NCBI GenBank assembly: GCA_964469335.1
Contig: CAYXYK010000003.1
Coordinates: 132,674-196,673 of the forward strand
Source of the DNA: an uncultured Candidatus Saccharibacteria bacterium
GTDB lineage: Bacteria; Patescibacteriota; Minisyncoccia; Phycocordibacterales; UBA6899
DNA: 64,000 nt
Reading direction: 5' to 3'
Below the pieces are notes generated by a model. It saw only the letters and a list, made by a program, of their open reading frames with translations. It was not told the origin of the DNA and did not search any database. Below are positions 33,241 through 41,500 of the stretch, piece after piece. Numbering within the stretch: position 1 is the stretch's first letter; each line of letters begins with the position of its first letter. Position numbers and translations under genes: made by a program.

Positions 33241-33567
33241 ATGCAGAAATACCGTTACCGCGTCGACGAGAACGAAGGCAAGCTTCCCGAGGGCAATGTC
33301 CCTGTGGTCCAGGCATCAGACCCGATCACCGTCGGCGTTCGTTCCGTCTACACCCTTCGCGTCTTGCATGTCTTCATGCGCGATCCGTTCGGCGTCGCTC
33401 GGCGTGGCTTCATTCCGAGCATCAAGGCGAACTGCCTTCCGGAAGAACGCGGCGAAGTCCATTTCGGCGAAGATGGCGTCGCCTATGGCATGGCGGTGGG
33501 CAGCGGCCTCCTCATGATCGACAAGAAGTCGCAGGAAGTCAGTGGCCTCGCTGTGGTCGCCAACTAG
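33241..33567 (+). CDS. hypothetical protein
   Basis: AGGAG lies 5 nt before ATG 33241. 108 aa. Confidence 0.5.
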   Translation: MQKYRYRVDENEGKLPEGNVPVVQASDPITVGVRSVYTLRVLHVFMRDPFGVARRGFIPSIKANCLPEERGEVHFGEDGVAYGMAVGSGLLMIDKKSQEVSGLAVVAN

Positions 33568-33585
33568 TTTCCGGTACTCGTAGAA

Positions 33586-33610
33586 AGGCCTGCCTCGCGC
33601 AGGCCTTTTC
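33586..33610 (+). terminator. intrinsic terminator
   Basis: Hairpin AGGCCTGC-ctcgc-GCAGGCCT followed by TTTT. Confidence 0.55.
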
Positions 33611-33701
33611 CTTTGTACCTGCGCGAAGAACTTGAGCAAAAATAGAACGATGCTATCATGAAAATAGCTGCTCATCCCACTAACCCCGAAGGAGGAATGC
33701 C

Positions 33702-33860
33702 ATGCGTTTGAACCCGCGACACAGTGGAGAAAGACTCTCGCGATCGGCCCTCAATCAAGAACTGCGCGCTCAGCTGTCCGAACTGCGCGCACTCCTCCTC
33801 TACTTCGGTTCCGCCGAGATCGTGGTGCTTCACTACTACGACTTCGTGCGGTATGCATGA
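33702..33860 (+). CDS. unlisted 52-aa small ORF
   Basis: GAAGGAGG lies 6 nt before the ATG. Promoter TTGAGC-N16-TATCAT upstream. Hairpin GGAGCC/GGCTCC downstream. Product MRLNPRHSGERLS... Confidence 0.3.
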   Translation: MRLNPRHSGERLSRSALNQELRAQLSELRALLLYFGSAEIVVLHYYDFVRYA

Positions 33861-33882
33861 CCCCACACCCACCAGCACAAGC

Positions 33883-33913
33883 GGAGCCCCATGGCTCCGC
33901 TTCGCTCGTTTTC
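33883..33913 (+). terminator. putative terminator for the small ORF
   Basis: Hairpin GGAGCC-ccat-GGCTCC followed by a T-rich tract. Confidence 0.35.
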
Positions 33914-33918
33914 TGTAA

Positions 33919-33950
33919 TAAAAAAGCAGGGCCCGGGGGCCCGCTTCAGT
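33919..33950 (-). terminator. intrinsic terminator for 33960..34256
   Basis: GC-rich hairpin (GCGGGCCC/GGGCCC..GC) with T6 on the minus strand. Confidence 0.4.
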
Positions 33951-33959
33951 ACGGTGTGT

Positions 33960-34256
33960 TCAGCCTTGTTGCTGCTGCACACGGTTCGGTTGGAGTGAGG
34001 TCGCTTCGACGACGAGCGGAGTCCGTCTCCGGAACTGGATCAGGATTTCGCGGTACGCTGCGGGCGTGGGAGTGCCTTCCGGGGTTGCGAGTTGTGCTTC
34101 GCAGGACTGCTGATCGTAGTGGACCAGCCGCACCGTTCCCGAGAGATGTGCGACGCTCGCATCGACCCGATCGACGACCTGTGCTGCGGTCGTTTCATTT
34201 GTTCCGGGTGCGAATGCGACCCGGATCGGCAGCGAAGGATCTTCAGCTTGGTACAT
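33960..34256 (-). CDS. hypothetical small protein
   Basis: 98-aa ORF. Confidence 0.45.
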   Translation of the reverse strand: MYQAEDPSLPIRVAFAPGTNETTAAQVVDRVDASVAHLSGTVRLVHYDQQSCEAQLATPEGTPTPAAYREILIQFRRRTPLVVEATSLQPNRVQQQQG

Positions 34257-34407
34257 GGCGAACTCCTTTCAGTAGTGAACGCCTGTTATCGTTATATTCC
34301 TATTGGGAAAAACGTCAATGAGCTTTCAATGAAAAAGGTGCATATCGCTCCTCTTCTTTGTCGAGAAAGGAGTACAATGGGGAGATAATAACTAATCTCA
34401 ACGATCT

Positions 34408-34677
34408 ATGACCGTAGTCATGAAAGAGCAGGGATGTGTGGCATCGACCATCGGCTATTACTTGGTCATCATCGGTGCGATCAATTGGGGCCTCGTCGGG
34501 CTCAGTGATTTCACAATGATGAATCTCAATGTCGTGAACCTTCTCGTCGGGGGAATGCCGACGCTCGAGTCACTCGTCTATATTGCCGTCGGAGTCGCCG
34601 GAGTGATGACACTCATCGGGTGCAGATGCTCTACCTGCAAGGCCTGCCGCGTCGAAGGGGGAAACCCACAAAAATAG
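34408..34677 (+). CDS. DUF378-family small membrane protein
   Basis: Motif IIGAINWGLVGL and a 2-TM layout typical of the YuiB/DUF378 family. Confidence 0.55.
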   Translation: MTVVMKEQGCVASTIGYYLVIIGAINWGLVGLSDFTMMNLNVVNLLVGGMPTLESLVYIAVGVAGVMTLIGCRCSTCKACRVEGGNPQK

Positions 34678-34679
34678 CG

Positions 34680-34790
34680 AGCTTCTTCGTTGCGGGTCCC
34701 AACCTACTCAGTCAACATAGGAAGACTACGTCTTCTTCGCAGGTATTCCCGCGTCTCGAATCTCATCAATTTTTGCGAGTTTCAAGATAA
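34680..34790 (+). repeat. intergenic element, family copy R6
   Basis: Hairpin ACATAG-gaaga-CTACGT (34715-34731, one mismatch) enclosed by GCGGG/CCCGC. Flanks resemble R1 and R8. Confidence 0.45.
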
Positions 34791-34806
34791 GTAATTGTTT
34801 GCAAAC

Positions 34807-34834
34807 AAAAACTCCCGCAGTTAGCGGGAGTTTT
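34807..34834. terminator. bidirectional terminator hairpin CTCCCGC-agtta-GCGGGAG
   Basis: A-run before and T-run after. Serves the convergent rnr gene. Confidence 0.55.
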
Positions 34835-34840
34835 CTGTAT

Positions 34841-36913
34841 TTAGAGCAATTGCATTGCGATAAGTTTGCGATTCATATCCACCGCGCTTACCTTTGCACG
34901 AAGTTTGTCGCCGAGGCGATAGATCTTTCCATGGGTTTTGCCGACGATGCGATAGTTCTTCTCTTCGAAGAAATAGAAATCGTTCGGGATATCCTTCACA
35001 TGGATCATGCCTTCCGCCTTGGTGACCTCGTCCTCGACATAGATGCCCCATTCGGTCACTCCCGAGATGGTGCCGTTTATCTCCGTGCCGATACGGTCAT
35101 AGAAGTACTCGCACTGCTTGTATTTGATCGACGAACGCTCCGCGTCCGCAGCCTGCACTTCCATCTGCGAGCAGTAGCGCGCGAGCCGTTCTTGTTCCTC
35201 GAGCGATTTCTTCGGAACCGGTTTGCCTTCGAGGTAGTGCTGGAGGAGTCGATGGACCATCAGGTCGGGGTAGCGTCGGATAGGGGAAGTGAAGTGGGTA
35301 TAGTGCTCGAACCCGAGTCCGTAGTGACCGATGTTCTTGGTGGTATAAACGGCCTTCGCCATCGCGCGTACGGTCGCCATCTGGATCATCGACTCTTCCG
35401 CCTTCCCGCGGATATCCTCGAGCATCTGATTGATCGCGGTCGATGTGACCTGCATATGTTTATCGAGTTTGAGGTCGACTCCGACGCCGTGAAGGAAGTC
35501 TCGTAGGTCTCGGATCTTGTCTTCGTTCGGTGCATCGTGGACGCGGTAGACGAACACGCTCTCTGCCCGCTTGTCCTTCGTGGCGATCAGTCGCGCGACG
35601 TGTTTGTTCGCGAGCAGCATGAATTCCTCGATCAGTTTGTTGGTATCTTGGATCTGTTTCTTGTAGACACGGATCGGCTTGCCTTTCTCGTCGAGCTCGA
35701 ATCGCACCTCTTCCGCTTCGAATGCGATCGCTCCATTCTGGAGTCGTGCTTTGCGCAGTTCTTTTGCTGTCCGGTCGAGCGAGATGAGTGAGTCAGTGAG
35801 TGCTTTCTCGTATTTGTGTCCGAGGATCGGACTCTTCTTCGATTTGTCCGTCACTGCATCGAGCACCGCCTGTGCCTCTTCATAGTAGAAACGTTTCGCT
35901 GAGTGGATGATGGTACGTCCGAACCATTCATTTATCACATCGCCCTTCTCGTTCATTTCGAACACCGCGCCGAAGGTGAGTCGGTCTTCGTTCGGCACGA
36001 GTGAGCAGATGCCGTTCGAAAGGCGCTCAGGGAGCATCGGGATGGTGCGGTCGACGAGGTAGACACTCGTTGCACGCTCGACCGCTTCTTTGTCGATGGT
36101 CGAGTGGGGGGTGACATAGTAGGAGACATCGGCGATATGTACGCCGACCTCGATATTGCCGTTCGGGAGTTTCTGCCACGAGAGTGCGTCATCGAAGTCT
36201 TTCGCGTCCTTCGGGTCGATGGTATGTGTGAGGATGTCGCGGAAGTCTCTGCGTTTCTTGATCTCATCTTCGGGGATCTGAAGCGGGATCGCTTCGGCTG
36301 CCGCCTCGACTTCGGGAGGGAACGAGGTCTCGAATCCGCGCTCCAAGACGATCGCTTCCATCTCCGCATTGTGCTCATCCGGTGTGCCGAGCACTTTGAG
36401 CACTTCGCCGATCGGCTCTTTCGCAGGGTCGTCCCATTTCGTCATCGCGACGAACACTTTATCTCCGAGTTTCGCGCCATGGAGCATGTGCTTCGGGATC
36501 AGCATGCTGCGGTATACGCGATGGTCGTCCGCTTCGAAGAAGAAGCTACCTTCCTGCTGTTCGATCCGTCCCGCGAAACGAGTCTTGTTTCGGACGAGGA
36601 CCTTGGTCACTTCGCCTCCTTGTTTCGCGCCGGCGCGTTTGCTGTACAGAGTCACTTCGACGCGGTCACGGTCGAGCGCGCAGTTGAGCCCGCGAGGATC
36701 GATCTCGACATCTTCTTTCATGCCTTCTACTTCGACATAGCCGACACCCTTCGCAGTGATGCGGATGGTACCCTCGACCTGATGCTGTGGAGGGAATTTC
36801 GGATGGGAGTGCTGTCCGGATTGTGGCCGTGCGGATTGCTTCGCACGCCGGTCATCCTTCTCTTTCTTCGCTTCTTCTTTTGGTCGATACTGTTTCTTGA
36901 TGAATTTGGTCAT
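34841..36913 (-). CDS. rnr: ribonuclease R (RNase II family 3'-5' exoribonuclease)
   Basis: 690 aa with cold-shock, RNB and S1 domain motifs and a basic N-terminal tail. Confidence 0.85.
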   Translation of the reverse strand: MTKFIKKQYRPKEEAKKEKDDRRAKQSARPQSGQHSHPKFPPQHQVEGTIRITAKGVGYVEVEGMKEDVEIDPRGLNCALDRDRVEVTLYSKRAGAKQGGEVTKVLVRNKTRFAGRIEQQEGSFFFEADDHRVYRSMLIPKHMLHGAKLGDKVFVAMTKWDDPAKEPIGEVLKVLGTPDEHNAEMEAIVLERGFETSFPPEVEAAAEAIPLQIPEDEIKKRRDFRDILTHTIDPKDAKDFDDALSWQKLPNGNIEVGVHIADVSYYVTPHSTIDKEAVERATSVYLVDRTIPMLPERLSNGICSLVPNEDRLTFGAVFEMNEKGDVINEWFGRTIIHSAKRFYYEEAQAVLDAVTDKSKKSPILGHKYEKALTDSLISLDRTAKELRKARLQNGAIAFEAEEVRFELDEKGKPIRVYKKQIQDTNKLIEEFMLLANKHVARLIATKDKRAESVFVYRVHDAPNEDKIRDLRDFLHGVGVDLKLDKHMQVTSTAINQMLEDIRGKAEESMIQMATVRAMAKAVYTTKNIGHYGLGFEHYTHFTSPIRRYPDLMVHRLLQHYLEGKPVPKKSLEEQERLARYCSQMEVQAADAERSSIKYKQCEYFYDRIGTEINGTISGVTEWGIYVEDEVTKAEGMIHVKDIPNDFYFFEEKNYRIVGKTHGKIYRLGDKLRAKVSAVDMNRKLIAMQLL

Positions 36914-36971
36914 TCTGGATGTATTCGTTTTTTTTTGCTTATCGTTTATATCTTACTTCTACTTTCCGTCT

Positions 36972-37601
36972 TTACATCCCTTTATCGACGAAGCTTCCGA
37001 GCGGTGTCCCAGATCCCGCGCGCTCATCTCGAGATGGCGGAACGATGCGATCGAGCGTGGAGGGATGGAGGTGTACTTCCTGCGAGCGGAGCATCTCACC
37101 GTCCTGCATGTCATCGATCAGTTTTTTGATGTCATTGGGTCTCGCGATGTATGCGGCGATGAGGTTGATGTTCTCTCCGGCGGTCTCGAAATGTACGGTC
37201 CCGAAATTGAGCAGCGTCTGGATCACACCGGACTGGGTCACTGACACGTTCTGGATATGATCGATACGGAACGACGAGGACTTCCGTCGGAAGAATCCCT
37301 TCTGCTCGATATCGAAGATGCGGATATCGGTGATCAGAAGCACATTGAGGAAGTAGTTCGTCCAGATGTTCCATCCCATGATCCAGACGATGATCAGCCA
37401 TGCGACCAAGAAGAAGGTGCTTGCCGCCGCGTTACTACCTTCGAGGATGATAAATTTGCCAACCGGGATGATATTGAGGAGGAATATCCCGACCACAGGT
37501 ATCGCGACCGCAAAGATGAGCATGAAGATCTTCCCGAGCAGCACGAACCAGTGGTCCCACACCACCTTCACTACTTGCTCGTGGTCATCGATCTCGATCA
37601 T
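36972..37601 (-). CDS. YdbT-like membrane protein with bacterial PH (bPH_2) domain
   Basis: Two TM helices followed by a PH-like domain. Overlaps the upstream gene (ATGA). Confidence 0.5.
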   Translation of the reverse strand: MIEIDDHEQVVKVVWDHWFVLLGKIFMLIFAVAIPVVGIFLLNIIPVGKFIILEGSNAAASTFFLVAWLIIVWIMGWNIWTNYFLNVLLITDIRIFDIEQKGFFRRKSSSFRIDHIQNVSVTQSGVIQTLLNFGTVHFETAGENINLIAAYIARPNDIKKLIDDMQDGEMLRSQEVHLHPSTLDRIVPPSRDERAGSGTPLGSFVDKGM

Positions 37602-37852
37602 ACGCTCACGGTTGAAGTCGAATAAGCGATCAAGGAGAGTGCAAGCGCGCCGAACAGGATCGCGGACCCGATGAAATAGTAGATATTCATCCGCACCACC
37701 TTGAGCTTGTCGTTGCCGTAATGTTTCCAGTGATAGCGCACCACGATCATATGGATGAGCCAGATGACGAGCAGGAAGACGAATACCCCGACAAGGAAGT
37801 TTCCTGAGAGCGGGATGTGCACGGTAAGGTCGCTGGAAAGCAGTGATTCCAC
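37598..37852 (-). CDS. YdbS-like small membrane protein (start uncertain; GTG at 37852 or ORF-table start 37999)
   Basis: Hydrophobic 2-TM ORF in operon with 36972..37601. The upstream part of table ORF 37598..37999 overlaps the rpsP promoter. Confidence 0.3.
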   Translation of the reverse strand: MESLLSSDLTVHIPLSGNFLVGVFVFLLVIWLIHMIVVRYHWKHYGNDKLKVVRMNIYYFIGSAILFGALALSLIAYSTSTVSV

Positions 37853-37953
37853 ACCCTTAGTATAGCGGAAAACGGCGATTTTGGAACCAAACGGCTTTGT
37901 TGAGAGATTTTTGAGTAAAAGTGGGGATAATCGGAAGGATTCGTGCGAAAAGT

Positions 37954-37981
37954 TGACCAAATACAGCGCCTCTGCTAATAT
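37954..37981 (+). promoter_or_regulatory. promoter TTGACC-N16-TAATAT for rpsP
   Basis: The -10 box ends 8 nt before ATG 37990, giving a leaderless or very short leader. Confidence 0.4.
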
Positions 37982-37989
37982 CCTCCTAC

Positions 37990-38394
37990 ATGTTAGCAAT
38001 CAGATTAAAGCGCGTCGGCCGCACCAATGACCCTTCATTCCGCATCATCGTGCAGGATCATCGCCGTTCACCAAAGAAGACCCGCGGCGTCGCAGAGTAC
38101 GTCGGTTCGTATGACGCACGCAAAGGCAAGCCGCAGATCGATGCAGAGCGCGTGAAGTACTGGATCAGTATGGGCGCTCAGCCTTCGGACACCGTGCACA
38201 ATCTCCTTGTCGGAGCAAAGATCATCGAAGGCAAGAAGGTCAACGCAATGAACAAGAAGACAAAGCCGGTCAAGGAAGTTCCGAAGGAAGAAGCAAAGAA
38301 AGCAGCCCCCGCAGCACCCGCCGCAGAAGCCGCTCCCGCTCCAGTGGAGGAAGCTCCCGCAGAAGCAGCAGCAGAGGCCACTCCCGCCGCATAA
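37990..38394 (+). CDS. rpsP: ribosomal protein S16 (bS16) with Ala/Pro/Glu-rich C-terminal extension
   Basis: N-terminus MLAIRLKRVGRTNDPSFRIIV. The tail is KKAAPAAPAAEAAPAPVEEAP.... Confidence 0.8.
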   Translation: MLAIRLKRVGRTNDPSFRIIVQDHRRSPKKTRGVAEYVGSYDARKGKPQIDAERVKYWISMGAQPSDTVHNLLVGAKIIEGKKVNAMNKKTKPVKEVPKEEAKKAAPAAPAAEAAPAPVEEAPAEAAAEATPAA

Positions 38395-38413
38395 CTTACG
38401 AAATGAAAACAAA

Positions 38414-38441
38414 ACACCCCCTGCGTGGGGTGTTTTGTTTT
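38414..38441 (+). terminator. intrinsic terminator
   Basis: Hairpin ACACCCC-ctgcgt-GGGGTGT followed by a T-run. Confidence 0.55.
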
Positions 38442-38560
38442 GTCTCGGGGTGCACATGGTTATTATTTCCGTTATCGGCTGGGGCTAACCCCTCTCGCTT
38501 GTGGGTGTGCATTCTCTCTGCCTCACATATAATAGTGAAATTACGATTCAATTTAATTCC

Positions 38561-41500
38561 ATGAGATCATCTCGCCTGTTCGTGCTGCTTCTTCTTTCGA
38601 TCATGCCACTCCTGGCATCGACTCCGTTCGTCTTTGCGCAGTCTGAGACGGTGACAATGGGGGAGACCGCACTCGTCAGTGACGATGATTCTGGAAATGG
38701 AGGGCTTCTGCTTGCGCAGCAGGCGACACTCGCCCAATCAGGCACACTCCAGTCACTCTCGTTCTATGTAGCAGGGGCGAGCGGCAAGCTTAGGCTCGGA
38801 GTCTATGATGCGACAGGACCGGGCGGCGGACCGGGAGCTAAGCTCGCGGAAGCCGCAGAGATCACTCCGGTAGTCGGGTGGAACACCGCACCAGTCGTGA
38901 CTCCTGTCGCGCTCGCCGCAGGGACATATTGGCTCGCGTATGCACCCGAGAGCAGCAGTCTTCATTTTCGGCTTGTACAAGGGGTAGGCACACTTCGCTA
39001 CTACACGAAGGCGTACGGAGTGATGCCAACAACATTTTCAACTTCCCCGACTTCGTATAGTGGGCACTGGTCTTTCTACGCGACACTTGCAACTTCCGGC
39101 ACCCCGACACCTCCTCCCGCACCAACCCCTGTGAACGGCTCATGTGGAACTGCCAACAATGTCTCGGTCACTTCGATCCCCACGAGCAATCTCTGCAGCG
39201 TCGGCACTGCGTCAAGTGTCTCAGGAACAGGACCATGGAGTTGGACCTGTGCAGGAACGAATGGGGGAACCACAGCGAGTTGTGTTGCACCACTTACGGT
39301 CGTGACTCCTCCTGCTCCGACACCGACACCCAGCCCGTCTCCGTCCCCGGCACCTACTCCCGCTCCCTCCGGTAGCAACCCCCTCTCGACGCTCGCGGCG
39401 AGCATGACCCCCGGCACTTGGGCGCAACTTCCCGTGTCGAATCAAAATAGTGTTCTCGGCGTAGGTAGTGTTTCGGGAAGTATGATCCACTTTGTGAATT
39501 CCATGCCGTGGAATCCGATCAATAAACAGATCGAGATCATCGGGCAGGATCACGGTTACCCCGGCATGCGGCATGTGCGTTACGACTCTATTGCGAATCA
39601 GTTCGTGCTCGTTGCAGACAACGCGGGTATTCCTAATTCCGGTCACGGCTATGATCATATGTCGGTGAATCCGAACACGGGCGATCTCTATGTGCGACTT
39701 TACGGTGCCTTTAGTGGTGTGATCTCGTCCGTGAAGAAAACTTACGGAACATCAAACTTTGTGAGTATTCCTGATGTGCCCGCGTCAGCACAGGTGGCGA
39801 TCGGCACCGTGTGGTGGTCGGGGCCATTTATCGGTGGGGGAAGTCAGGGCTCATTCATGGTGTTCAACAGTGGCAATGCAGATATTTACAATGCAGGTGG
39901 ACTTGCATCTGATGGGCAGATCGTCGCATACAATCCGCTTACGAACTCTTGGTTCTACAATCAAACAGGGAGGTCACCATTTTATAGCAACGGGGGCAGT
40001 TATACGTATCACAGCATTATGGAATATAGTCCCATAAAGAATGTTGCTGTATATGGTGGCGGAAATGAGGCAAACAATAAACTCTGGCGGATGGATTCAA
40101 CCGGCGCAGTACAAGCAATGCCCAATGTCCCCACAGGTACCGCTGTTGGTATTCAGCAGGGCAATCTTGTGAACGACCCGGTTACTGGCAATTTCCTCCT
40201 TCTTTCTGGCGGACAACTTTGGGAGCTAAATCCTGATGGCGCTGGGACTTGGACGAAGAAAACCTCGCCCCCAAGCGGAGTCGGTGATCCGAAGGCACCA
40301 GCGGGAGTTGTTTCATCATCGATCACTGATTACGGTGTGGTGGCATACATATCGCAAACAAGTGGAACTGGTGGAACCTTCTTTCTCTATAAGCCGGCAA
40401 CATCAGGCGGCACTCCAACTCCCACCCCGCCACCACCCCCTCCTCCCGCCCCAACTCCGACACCTACGCCAACACCAACTCCACCCCCGCCGCCTCCACC
40501 ATCACCAACTCCCGCACCATCGACCAAGTTCACTATTGGTGCCCGTGTGCAGGTCTCGTCGGGTCCACTTAACGTACGCAGCACTGCGAACACCGTAGGC
40601 GCATTGCTCGGTACTCAGCAAACAGGGGCACTCGGTACGGTCACGTCCGGACCAACTGCACAAGGAGGATACAACTGGTGGAACGTGAACTTCGATAGTG
40701 GAGTTGATGGTTGGAGTGTTGAAGATTTTATGGTGACCTACGTGCCTCCACCAACACCACCGCCAGCCCAAACACCCTCTCCCACGCCGCCAGTCAGTAG
40801 CGCAGATTTCACAACGCGTTGTAGCGCTGCGGGGGTCGTGAAGTGTGTCGGATTTGATTCAGCATCCGACTTCAATACGGGCACCGGTGGGACAAATGGT
40901 GCATACGGACAAAACTACGGCATCTTTCCTCCTTCGGGAACTTCAGACTATACACGTGCCACTCAAGACACCGCACTCAAAGCCTCAGGCAATGGGTCAC
41001 TGAAATTTACCATCCCTTCAAATTCGGGTTCAGACACATCGGGTTCTTGGTTCACCAATTTTTCGAGTGACCTCAATACCCAATTTGATGGTGGCGAAGA
41101 ATTTTATGTGCAGTGGCGCCAGCGCTTTAGTCCGGAGTATTTGACGACAAGTTATGCAGGTAGTGGTGGCTGGAAGCAGGTCATTATCGGTACTGGTGAC
41201 AAACCGGGACAGCCTTACTCTTCCTGTTCTTCGCTCGAACTCCCTGTGCAGAATACGTACCTCCGAGGTTTTCCAGTTATGTACAACTCGTGCAGCGGCT
41301 CCACCTCACACGGCCCTTATAATCCTTTTGAAGAGCCATTTGGGAATTATGATTTTAAACTCCAGAATGCACGACCTGCACCGTACTGTCTCTACTCACA
41401 AAGCAGTACCGGATACTTTCCTCCTAACGGAAATTGTTTCGGTTACGTCGCGAACGAATGGATGACATTCCAAGTACATGTGAAGCTCGGTGCCCGCATT

